From contig NZ_QKUF01000052.1 in NCBI RefSeq assembly GCF_003253565.1, positions 1 to 21,681 of the forward strand: a DNA stretch of 21,681 nucleotides, read 5' to 3'. Source of the stretch: Thermosporothrix hazakensis. Its GTDB lineage: Bacteria; Chloroflexota; Ktedonobacteria; Ktedonobacterales; Ktedonobacteraceae. The position numbers and the translations under genes are program-made. Under the pieces are notes generated by a model. That model saw nothing but the letters and a program-made list of their open reading frames with translations, made no database searches and was not told the origin of the DNA. Below are positions 9,156 through 16,890 of the stretch, piece by piece; the first letter of the stretch is position 1; the number at the start of each line of letters is the position of its first letter.

Positions 9156-9352
9156 TGCTACAGAATCACAAAAAGGTATCGGCGAATACGCCGAAGAAGC
9201 AAGATTAGAGAAGAAAGCATAAAACGGTAAGAACGATGCTCAGCCAGAACCAGAGAAATGACAACACACAGTTTTACTTTTATTACTGGTTTAGCCCTCC
9301 AGCATGATGGTGGGCTCTTTGAGCTGAGCACAAAAAACGCTATCATGCTGGA

Positions 9353-9385
9353 AGCAGAGGAAAAAAAACCTCTGCTTTTTTGTTT
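9353..9385 (+). terminator. Rho-independent terminator hairpin inside the DAHP synthase leader. An 8-bp stem (agcagagg / cctctgct) with an A8 loop is followed by TTTTTGTTT.
   Basis: Read directly. No coding gene ends upstream on this strand, so it is more likely an attenuator than a gene-end terminator. Confidence 0.55.
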
Positions 9386-9429
9386 ACCTGAAATTGTCGT
9401 ACCAAAGATACAAAGAGAGGATGCGAACC

Positions 9430-10500
9430 ATGATCATCACCATCAACAGCCAGGCCAGCAGTCAGGATCGCGCACAATTGATGTCGTTGTTGAATCGATT
9501 AGCAGATAGTATGTTACCTGCTGTCTGTACCAGTATGGGCAGTCGTGAGGTCCTTGTGATCGAGAACAAAGCGATTGACCCCGAAGCGCAGCAGATCCTC
9601 CTCCAACATCCCGCCGTTGAAAAGCTTACCCCCGTCAAAACTCCTTACCAGTTAGTGAGCCGAACATTCCAGCAAGAGACCAGTAGCATCACCATTGGCA
9701 ACTCACGTTCCAGCACGCCGGTTACAGTCGGTGGTACAACATCTGTACCGGTCATCATGGCGGGACCGTGCTCGGTTGAAAATCGTGAACAGATCCTGCG
9801 GATCGCTCGCGAAGTGAAGGAGGCTGGCGGTCAGGTCTTGCGTGGCGGAGCTTTCAAACCGCGCACCTCTCCATACCAGTTCCAGGGTCTGGGTGTAGAG
9901 GGGCTGCGCCTGCTCGCAGAGGCACGCGAAGAGACAGGACTTCCCGTTATCACTGAAGTTATGGACATCGCAATGCTCGACACGGTTGCAGAATACACCG
10001 ATGTGCTTCAGATCGGCGCGCGCAATATGCAGAACTATGCCCTGCTTCAGGCGGTCGGTCGCCACAGCAAAAAGCTCCCGGTGCTCCTGAAGCGTGGTCT
10101 TTCTGCGACCATTGAGGAATGGTTACTCGCAGCCGAATACATCGTTGCTTCAGGCAACCCGAACGTGATGCTATGTGAGCGTGGCATTCGGAGCTACGAT
10201 ACCCAGACGCGCAATGTCCTTGATCTCACCTGCGTTCCTCTCCTGCAAGAACTTACACATCTGCCTGTGATTATCGATCCAAGCCATGCAACGGGCAAGC
10301 GCGAACTGGTCCCCGCGATGTCTCGTGCGAGTATCGCCGCTGGCGCTCATGGCCTGATTATTGAGACGCACTATGATCCAGCAAAGGCCATTTCCGATGC
10401 GCGTCAAACTATCAGTACCGAACAGTTGCGCCAGATCTCACGTGAAGCCCGCGAACTTGCTCATATCCTGAGAGGAGATGCCGTTCTCGACGTTGCCTGA
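9430..10500 (+). CDS. aroF: 3-deoxy-7-phosphoheptulonate (DAHP) synthase, type I-beta, with an N-terminal ferredoxin-like/ACT-like regulatory domain (Thermotoga-type architecture).
   Basis: The catalytic core is [10 protein letters not shown]...[18 protein letters not shown]...DPSHATGKR. The N-terminal MIITINSQ...YQLVSRTF segment before the catalytic barrel resembles the regulatory domain of T. maritima DAHPS. The ATG at 9430 has an AGAGAGGA RBS. Confidence 0.88.
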   Translation: MIITINSQASSQDRAQLMSLLNRLADSMLPAVCTSMGSREVLVIENKAIDPEAQQILLQHPAVEKLTPVKTPYQLVSRTFQQETSSITIGNSRSSTPVTVGGTTSVPVIMAGPCSVENREQILRIAREVKEAGGQVLRGGAFKPRTSPYQFQGLGVEGLRLLAEAREETGLPVITEVMDIAMLDTVAEYTDVLQIGARNMQNYALLQAVGRHSKKLPVLLKRGLSATIEEWLLAAEYIVASGNPNVMLCERGIRSYDTQTRNVLDLTCVPLLQELTHLPVIIDPSHATGKRELVPAMSRASIAAGAHGLIIETHYDPAKAISDARQTISTEQLRQISREARELAHILRGDAVLDVA

Positions 10501-10708
10501 TCTGTCCCTGACTGACAGCGCTGGAATCATAGCCGAGTCTGGATGCAGCCTGTTCCGGAAAACAAGGTTCGTAGCGTCCTCTTGAGTTATCCGGTGCTCG
10601 CTTTCTAATGGAAGAGCTAAAACTGCGATGTGCAGCGCAGGATACAACGCTCACGAGCCTATTTTTAAGAGACAAGCTGTTTGCCTATCGACTCATTCGA
10701 ACAGGTTA

Positions 10709-10731
10709 TGATATACTCTATTACTAATAGA
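10709..10731 (+). promoter_or_regulatory. Extended -10 promoter element (TGaTATACT, 10709..10717) followed immediately by a 15-bp perfect palindrome, tctatta-c-taataga (10717..10731). This is a candidate operator upstream of the ANTAR regulator gene.
   Basis: Read directly from the sequence. Confidence 0.3.
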
Positions 10732-10803
10732 GAGGGGATTCATAACTGTTATCTATCTAATGAGTCTCGGTGGATGATACCAAGGCTGTAACGAGGTGAC
10801 CTT

Positions 10804-11376
10804 ATGCCAATTAGAATTATTATCGCTGACGACGAAGCTATTCAGCGCATGGACCTGAAAGATGTGCTGACCAAGCAGAATTATCTGGTAGTCGGCGAGG
10901 CCGGTGACGGTCAGAGTGCTGTCAATCTGGCACGTGAACTACGACCAGATCTGGTTATTATGGATATTCGCATGCCTGATATGGATGGCATTGCCGCCGC
11001 CGAAATTCTCACACAAGAGAAAATTGCACCGGTGCTGCTGCTCACGGCCTTTGGCGATCAACCCCTTGTTGACCGCGCCAAAGAAGCAGGCGTCGTGAAC
11101 TATATTGTCAAGCCATTGCGTGAGAGCGAGGTTGCTCCTGCGATTGAAATTGCCCTTGCTCGCTACAACGAGTTCCGGGCAATGGAAGAGAAAGCACGAA
11201 GTTTGAGCGAGACCCTGGAAACCCGCAAGATTGTTGAACGCGCCAAAGGGCTGCTGATGGAGAAACAGGGACTTACTGAACAGGAAGCTTTCCGCAAAAT
11301 CCAGAAGGCCAGCATGAACAATCGCAAATCAATGCGCGAAGTGGCAGAAGCAATTCTTCTCACAAACGATATGTAA
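10804..11376 (+). CDS. Response regulator with an N-terminal REC domain and a C-terminal ANTAR RNA-binding antitermination domain (AmiR/NasR/PdtaR-like). No cognate kinase is adjacent.
   Basis: REC: IIIADDE...DLVIMDIRMPDMDG. ANTAR: ETRKIVERAKGLLMEKQGLTEQEAFRKIQKASMNNRKSMREVAEAIL. The ATG has a GAGGTGA RBS. Confidence 0.85.
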   Translation: MPIRIIIADDEAIQRMDLKDVLTKQNYLVVGEAGDGQSAVNLARELRPDLVIMDIRMPDMDGIAAAEILTQEKIAPVLLLTAFGDQPLVDRAKEAGVVNYIVKPLRESEVAPAIEIALARYNEFRAMEEKARSLSETLETRKIVERAKGLLMEKQGLTEQEAFRKIQKASMNNRKSMREVAEAILLTNDM

Positions 11377-11446
11377 GAGCGAGGAGAGGGATGCAGCAAC
11401 GCGGCTGCATCCTTTCTTAGCCTAGAAGCTAGGTAAAGAGTGGCCG

Positions 11447-12403
11447 ATGAATCTGGCGACGAATACAGGGATTGAGACACATAATTACGTTGTTGTTGTT
11501 GGCATTCGCTTTCGACCGGCAGGCCGAATCTACTATTTTGATCCGCAGGGACAGACTTTCAACAATGGACAATATGTGATTGTCGAAACTGTGCGCGGCA
11601 TCGAAGCGGCACGCGTGGTAATCGCCTCAAAGAAGATCCCTGAGAGCGACCTGACCGAGCCTCTCAAGCCGGTACAACGTCTGGCAACCGAAGATGAGCT
11701 CCGCATGATGCTTTCTTTTAAGAGCAAAGAAAAGGAAGCAATGGTACGCTGTGCCGAACGCATCGCTCAACATCGCTTACCCATGAAGCTGGTCGAAGCC
11801 GAGTACACCTTCGATGGCAGCCGCCTGACCTTCTACTTCACCGCTGATGAACGCGTTGACTTCCGCGGCCTTGTTCGTGACCTCGCCGCAACCTTCCGCA
11901 CCCGCATTGAACTCAGACAGATCGGCGCTCGCGATCAGGCAAAGCTTCAAGGCGGTATTGGCCCCTGCGGCAAAACGCTCTGCTGTAGCTCCTGGATCAC
12001 CGACTTTGGTATCGTCTCCATCAAGATGGCAAAAGAACAAGGACTTCCCCTCAATCCAACGAAAATCTCCGGTGTCTGTGGCCGCCTGATGTGCTGCCTT
12101 GCCTACGAAAACGACAACTATATTCAGGCCAAGCAACAGATGCCCCAAATCGGCACCATGCTCGATACTCCAAGCGGCCCCGGCAAGGTCGTTTCGGTCA
12201 ATGTGCCAAAAAATTCGGTTGAAGTCATGCTGGAAAGCGGTGTGACCATTCAAGTTCCCGTAGATGAACAGTCCTCTTCTCAGAAAAGCTGTGCTTGCGG
12301 AAAATCAAGCTGTACCTGTGGCGGCGGTGGGTGTTGCAGTGCAAAAGGAGGCGGCGGAGGTTGCGGTACATGTGGTATAAAAAAGAAGATGCAGAAAGCT
12401 TGA
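11447..12403 (+). CDS. ricT: RicT/YaaT (PSP1 C-terminal domain) protein with an additional Cys/Gly-rich C-terminal tail of about 45 aa.
   Basis: VVGIRFRPAGRIYYFDP, then the two CG..LCC motifs (GPCGKTLCCSSW; GVCGRLMCCLAY) characteristic of YaaT/PSP1. The tail is SCACGKSSCTCGGGGCCSAKGGGGGCGTCG. Confidence 0.8.
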   Translation: MNLATNTGIETHNYVVVVGIRFRPAGRIYYFDPQGQTFNNGQYVIVETVRGIEAARVVIASKKIPESDLTEPLKPVQRLATEDELRMMLSFKSKEKEAMVRCAERIAQHRLPMKLVEAEYTFDGSRLTFYFTADERVDFRGLVRDLAATFRTRIELRQIGARDQAKLQGGIGPCGKTLCCSSWITDFGIVSIKMAKEQGLPLNPTKISGVCGRLMCCLAYENDNYIQAKQQMPQIGTMLDTPSGPGKVVSVNVPKNSVEVMLESGVTIQVPVDEQSSSQKSCACGKSSCTCGGGGCCSAKGGGGGCGTCGIKKKMQKA

Positions 12404-12441
12404 GTCCCTGGCAATGAGACATGAGGAAGGTGTGAGTTCCT

Positions 12442-13878
12442 ATGCCTACAGACGGGAAAGGCCCGGGCCAGCCGTGGTCCCGGGACGATCAGCATTATGA
12501 GCAAGAGTTCCTTGAGGAGGAAATACCTCACTCCCAGGACTTTACCACAGATGATGGAGAGGAATACAATGGATATGAAGAAGAGGGTGAGCCGGTAGAA
12601 CCTGCCTCCGCCTCTCTTCGGTCTACCCTGACCTATTACGGGAGCCTGATCGGACTTCCCCTCCTCTTTGGTGGCCTCACCGCTCTCTTCGTTTTACCTG
12701 CTATCGCCAATCGCACGGCCTGGTTTCCGGCAAGCGCTTTCTGGCCGATTGCCATTCTCCTGATTATCCTGGCGCTGGTCCAGGGAACTATCATCTACTA
12801 TCTGGGAACCCAGAACGGCCTCTGGATGCTTGTCAGCCTGGTCGGCCTGTTTGTCTTTGCCTTCGTGGGCTGCTTTACCCTCTATGGGCCAATTATCGGC
12901 ATCGTGGCCCTTGTGCTGATGCTGGCCATCTGTGTCCTGCTGGCTCGCCGAACCTTTCACCAGATCCCGGATGGTTATGTTGCAGTCGTGTATGTCTCAG
13001 GGAAATATCACCACACGCTCTATCCTGGACTCCATTTTGTGCCTCCCTGGGAAAAAATCACGCACGAGCTCAGCACCGGCGAAAAGCAGTGGATCAGCCC
13101 TGTACAGCGGGTCCAGGTCTCACGCGATGAGGATCTGATTCTCCGGGCGACCATTTCCTATCAGCTTCTCCCTGAAGATGCCTACCTAGCCGTGACGCAG
13201 GTCTCCAACTGGGAGCATAGCCTGCGAGAGCTCTTTGTTGTCGAGCTTCAGCAGATAGGCACCACCTTTAGCCCTGCGGACTTCATTGTTTGGCCGGAAG
13301 GGCTGACAGGCGAGCCTGTCTTGAATCCGCAGGTCGATGACTTCACCTCTAATGCCCGTTGGGAGCGCGTCAATGCTTACCTCTATCAGCGTATGGTCGA
13401 GCGAGTCGCTCTGTGGGGGGTACAGATCAACTGGATTACCATTCGAGATGTGTCTATCGTACCGCGTGGCCTCTATGTCGTCGATAGCGATCCAATTGAG
13501 GGAGCAACACCAGTGGACCCAGAAGCAGCCAGAGAGACAACCCTTGAACAAGCGGCAGTGCTTCCACAGTCTGCCACCTCACCCTCAGTGCAACAGCTCA
13601 AGGAGGGAGTCCTGATCAAGGCGTATCGACTGATCCAGGACGAGAAGATCACCGATCCCCACACCATTCGTTCCATCGCTGAGAAGTTTGACTTCATCGC
13701 ACATACTCCTGAGCTTGAACAAACGATGAGCTTTGATCCAGCTAGAGCCGCGCACAACCTATATGAGCAGGCGCGCCGTAACGAAGAGCGGCAGCGAATG
13801 AAACAATATGGCTCCGAGACACAGGCCAACTGGATCATACGCGATCCAACCGATGAGAATATGATGGCTGGCGGGTGA
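12442..13878 (+). CDS. Membrane protein with an acidic N-terminus, about four TM helices and a C-terminal SPFH/band-7 (stomatin/prohibitin/HflK-like) domain.
   Basis: The hydrophobic block runs from LIGLPLLFGG to AICVLLA. Then IPDGYVAVVYVSGKYHHTLYPGLHFVPPWEKI...DEDLILRATISYQL...WGVQINWITIRDV fits the SPFH fold pattern. The ATG has a GAGGAAGG RBS. Confidence 0.65.
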   Translation: MPTDGKGPGQPWSRDDQHYEQEFLEEEIPHSQDFTTDDGEEYNGYEEEGEPVEPASASLRSTLTYYGSLIGLPLLFGGLTALFVLPAIANRTAWFPASAFWPIAILLIILALVQGTIIYYLGTQNGLWMLVSLVGLFVFAFVGCFTLYGPIIGIVALVLMLAICVLLARRTFHQIPDGYVAVVYVSGKYHHTLYPGLHFVPPWEKITHELSTGEKQWISPVQRVQVSRDEDLILRATISYQLLPEDAYLAVTQVSNWEHSLRELFVVELQQIGTTFSPADFIVWPEGLTGEPVLNPQVDDFTSNARWERVNAYLYQRMVERVALWGVQINWITIRDVSIVPRGLYVVDSDPIEGATPVDPEAARETTLEQAAVLPQSATSPSVQQLKEGVLIKAYRLIQDEKITDPHTIRSIAEKFDFIAHTPELEQTMSFDPARAAHNLYEQARRNEERQRMKQYGSETQANWIIRDPTDENMMAGG

Positions 13879-13911
13879 GGAGGCCAAAATCAACGAATCG
13901 TGGCATAATAC

Positions 13912-13950
13912 AAGGGAGGGAAAAAAGAGCCTTCTTCTTTTCCCTCCCTT
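13912..13950 (+). terminator. Long hairpin with a 13-bp perfect stem (aagggagggaaaa / ttttccctccctt) 33 nt after the SPFH gene stop, a likely terminator. It has A- and T-runs inside the arms and could act on both strands.
   Basis: Read directly. Confidence 0.45.
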
Positions 13951-14127
13951 CATCGGTCCGGAATGCATCATGAAATACGGGAAAAGGCGTTGTTCGGTAA
14001 GCACGCTACCCGACAACACCGCTATAATGCTTCAAGGCACAACAGGGAAAAAGTAAAAAATTGGAGCTTATCGGTACAAGACTCCCGTTCATCTGTTCTT
14101 TTCAAGGACATTGCTTGAACAGTAATA

Positions 14128-14652
14128 CTATGCCTGCCGTGCAGTTGCCGCCATTTCCTGACGCGCTTCCAATTCATCGTATGCGCGGATGCGAACCAGC
14201 TCTGCATCATTCAGAACATGGCCGTTGCTCGGATCAAAAACGACGTTATCCCGTGCGCAGTAGTACAGGCTGTTCCAGCGCTCCATAGCCTTATCCCAGG
14301 CCGGAAAACGCAGGGCTGCTTCGTTATCGCCCTTCACCACACGCTGGAAGGCGATATAAGAAAGCACCAATGCAAGCACGGTAACAGCGAGCGTGAGACC
14401 CACCAGTATAACAGCGATGGTCGGGTCAAGATGCGCTTCCATACCTCCAAGCAAGACGATAATCAGGAACACACAGATAGCAACGAGCACCACGCTAATA
14501 GCGATGGGTTTGAACATCGGCACATTACGCGTTGGCATGTCGGGAGGCGCACAACGAGTAACACCAGAATCGTATGCTGCCTGCATCGTCTTAACTTTAT
14601 CTGCCTGGTTGCACTCAGGACAGGTTGGTTTTTGGCTTTGTGCGGACGCCAT
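14128..14652 (-). CDS. Hypothetical membrane protein with an N-terminal zinc-ribbon (CPEC...C), two TM helices and a soluble C-terminal domain.
   Basis: The start is reassigned to the ATG (MASAQSQKPTCPEC) preceded by AAGGAGGG 10 nt upstream; the six-frame ORF extends 17 codons further, to 14703. TM helices: IAISVVLVAICVFLIIVLLGG and AVILVGLTLAVTVLALVLSYIAF. No family recognised. Confidence 0.6.
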   Translation of the reverse strand: MASAQSQKPTCPECNQADKVKTMQAAYDSGVTRCAPPDMPTRNVPMFKPIAISVVLVAICVFLIIVLLGGMEAHLDPTIAVILVGLTLAVTVLALVLSYIAFQRVVKGDNEAALRFPAWDKAMERWNSLYYCARDNVVFDPSNGHVLNDAELVRIRAYDELEARQEMAATARQA

Positions 14653-14863
14653 ACGTATTAGTCCCTCCTTAGGGCTACCCGTAAAAGAGCGGGCAACACT
14701 CATGATATTCTTTCATTACAAAGCATAACACGTCGCTAAGGTTGTGACAATGCCAATTCACGAGGCTGAGTCCATTTGACATACTGCTACGCAGCCTAAT
14801 ACACTCAAGAACAAGAAAAATTAAAACGTGCTTTCTACGAAGGAGAGTTTTCAAGCCAATCTT

Positions 14864-16399
14864 ATGAATACACCGATGCTGACTATCCTGGGCTTAGGCC
14901 CGGGTTCCATATATGATCTTACTGTTCAGGCGCACACCCTGCTCACACAAGCCGCCGAACAACAGCAGATCGTCTACTTCCGAACCACCTTGCACCCTGC
15001 CGCCGCAGCCCTCAAGCAAGAGCTCCCGGAGCTGCAAATCAGGTCTTTTGACCACCTCTACGATGAGTCAGACACCTGGGATACACTCTATGAGCGCATC
15101 GCTTCCGAGGTCTGCCAGCTTGCGGCACAACAACCCATTATCTACGCAGTGCCCGGTCATCCACTGATCGGAGAGTCCTCAGTACAACTGCTCGTACAAC
15201 AGGCCCGTGAACGCGGAATCACTACCCGGATCGTCGCCGGCCTCTCTCTGCTTGAGCCGGTCTGTGAACTCCTTTCACTTGATCCCTATGACCGCGGTCT
15301 TCAGATTCTGGAAGCTACACGTCTCGCCGCTCTGGAAAGTAACGAGATTGCGGGCGCTCTCATTCCAACCGCCCCTCTGCTGATCCCGCAGATCTACAAC
15401 CGCCGCCTTGCCAGTGATATCAAGCTAGTCCTGGGCGAGCTCTACCCGGATGAGTGGCCGGTCCGCCTGGTTCGCCTCGCGGGACTCAGTGCAAACGAGG
15501 AGCCGGTCCTTGAAATCCCGCTCTATGAGCTGGACCGTACCAACGTTACCAATCACCTCTGTACGCTCTATGTCCCGCCCGTCGATGAGCTTACCTCGCT
15601 CCGCCTGCCCGAAACCCTGCGCTCTATTACCATGCGCCTGCGTCGTGATCCAGACGGCTGCCCCTGGGACCGCGAGCAAACACACCAGAGCCTGACTCGC
15701 TATGTCATCGAAGAAACGTATGAAGTGGTAGAGGCGCTGGAAGAAAATGACATGGAAAAGTTGGCCGAAGAGCTTGGTGACCTGCTTCTACAGGTCTATC
15801 TCCACGCCGAAATAGCACGGCAGGAAGGCGACTTCTCGCTTGGCGATGTCTATGAACAGATCAACGCGAAGATGATCCGTCGTCATCCCCACGTCTTCGG
15901 CACTGCCGAGGCCGAGACAGCCGGGCAGGTCGCTCTGAACTGGGAAGAGATCAAAAAAGCGGAGAAGCGTCAGGCGGGCATTCAGCCTGAAGAAACAGGG
16001 CTCCTTGATGGTGTTCCGCAGGGCATGCCCGCGACTATGATCGCTCAGAAATACCAGAAACGGGCCATGCGCGCTGGTTTCCGCTATGATCAAGTGGACG
16101 AGATCATCACCAAGCTAGGAACAGAGCTTGAGGAGTTCCGCCAGGCCAACACAGCAGAAGAGCGGCTTGATGAGCTCGGTGATATCCTCTTTGTCGTTGT
16201 CTTGCTCGCAAGCTGGTTCAAACTGGATGCAGAGGAGGCCCTGCGCCACGCAAACCGAAAATTCAAACAGCGTTTTCAGAGCATGGAACGCCTCGCACGC
16301 GAGGAGGGACGCGACTTCTCTTCCTATACCTCCGCCGAGTGGCTGGAACGCTGGCAACGCGCCAAAACAGATGAAACCCACAAAAGTGACCTTGTGTGA
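14864..16399 (+). CDS. mazG: YabN-type fusion of a tetrapyrrole-methylase-like domain with tandem MazG nucleoside-triphosphate pyrophosphohydrolase domains.
   Basis: The N-terminus LTILGLGPG...VPGHPLIGES matches the methylase-like fold of YabN. The C-terminus has two MazG repeats (EETYEVVEALE...LGDLLLQV and LEEFRQA...LGDILFVVVLLA). The start is the ATG at 14864 or 14876. Confidence 0.85.
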   Translation: MNTPMLTILGLGPGSIYDLTVQAHTLLTQAAEQQQIVYFRTTLHPAAAALKQELPELQIRSFDHLYDESDTWDTLYERIASEVCQLAAQQPIIYAVPGHPLIGESSVQLLVQQARERGITTRIVAGLSLLEPVCELLSLDPYDRGLQILEATRLAALESNEIAGALIPTAPLLIPQIYNRRLASDIKLVLGELYPDEWPVRLVRLAGLSANEEPVLEIPLYELDRTNVTNHLCTLYVPPVDELTSLRLPETLRSITMRLRRDPDGCPWDREQTHQSLTRYVIEETYEVVEALEENDMEKLAEELGDLLLQVYLHAEIARQEGDFSLGDVYEQINAKMIRRHPHVFGTAEAETAGQVALNWEEIKKAEKRQAGIQPEETGLLDGVPQGMPATMIAQKYQKRAMRAGFRYDQVDEIITKLGTELEEFRQANTAEERLDELGDILFVVVLLASWFKLDAEEALRHANRKFKQRFQSMERLAREEGRDFSSYTSAEWLERWQRAKTDETHKSDLV

Positions 16400-16410
16400 G
16401 AATAGAAAGA

Positions 16411-16878
16411 ATGCGCAATGAATTACTGAACTGGTTCGCACGGGAAAAGCTCCTATTGACCGATGTCCTGACCTCCGGCGACGATCCCGAACACGACGAG
16501 ATCAAAATCACGGTCAAGCCGCCGCTGGTCGCTCTGAGTCGGGCAGATAGCGACTTTCGCGAATGCCCGGATCCCGTCGACTTCGGCTATCCGCCCGATT
16601 GTCTGGACTATATGACGCTGGACGATATGCACGCATTCGTTCTGTCCTGGTATGAGAAAGCAGTTGAAGCTGGATTGGTGAAATGCTTTGTCTGCAATAA
16701 GATACTGGATATGGGAGACGAGAAACCGTGGGATGCCGTTTTTGTCTCCAATCCTATGTATTGCTGGCTCCTCGTCCACTTCGATTGTAAGCGCTATCTC
16801 AATCGTGACCTGCGCGGGCGTCATCCTTTTGAGGTCTCTTCCGCACGGCCAGAATACTTTGACTTCTTTTTAGATTGA
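16411..16878 (+). CDS. Hypothetical Cys-rich protein of about 155 aa, translationally coupled between mazG and polX. No family recognised.
   Basis: The ORF overlaps the mazG stop if the GTG at 16396 is used (GTGTGA); the ATG at 16411 was chosen as the start. Its stop lies 13 nt before the polX ATG. It has seven Cys residues, including CFVCNK and YCWLLVHFDC. Confidence 0.55.
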   Translation: MRNELLNWFAREKLLLTDVLTSGDDPEHDEIKITVKPPLVALSRADSDFRECPDPVDFGYPPDCLDYMTLDDMHAFVLSWYEKAVEAGLVKCFVCNKILDMGDEKPWDAVFVSNPMYCWLLVHFDCKRYLNRDLRGRHPFEVSSARPEYFDFFLD

Positions 16879-16890
16879 AAGAAGGTTGTT

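Noticed and set aside
9258-9352. A leader-peptide (Phe/Tyr/Trp codon-rich) attenuator or T-box for aroF.
   Set aside because: The only ORF through the leader runs 83 codons into the aroF gene and has just two Phe near its start. No T-box consensus (AGGGUGGNACCGCG) and no specifier-loop architecture were seen.
14024-14029. A perfect TATAAT hexamer in the SPFH / zinc-ribbon-TM convergent intergenic region.
   Set aside because: No acceptable -35 at 16-19 nt spacing, and no downstream gene on that strand (the ORF at 14061..14288 is antisense and implausible).
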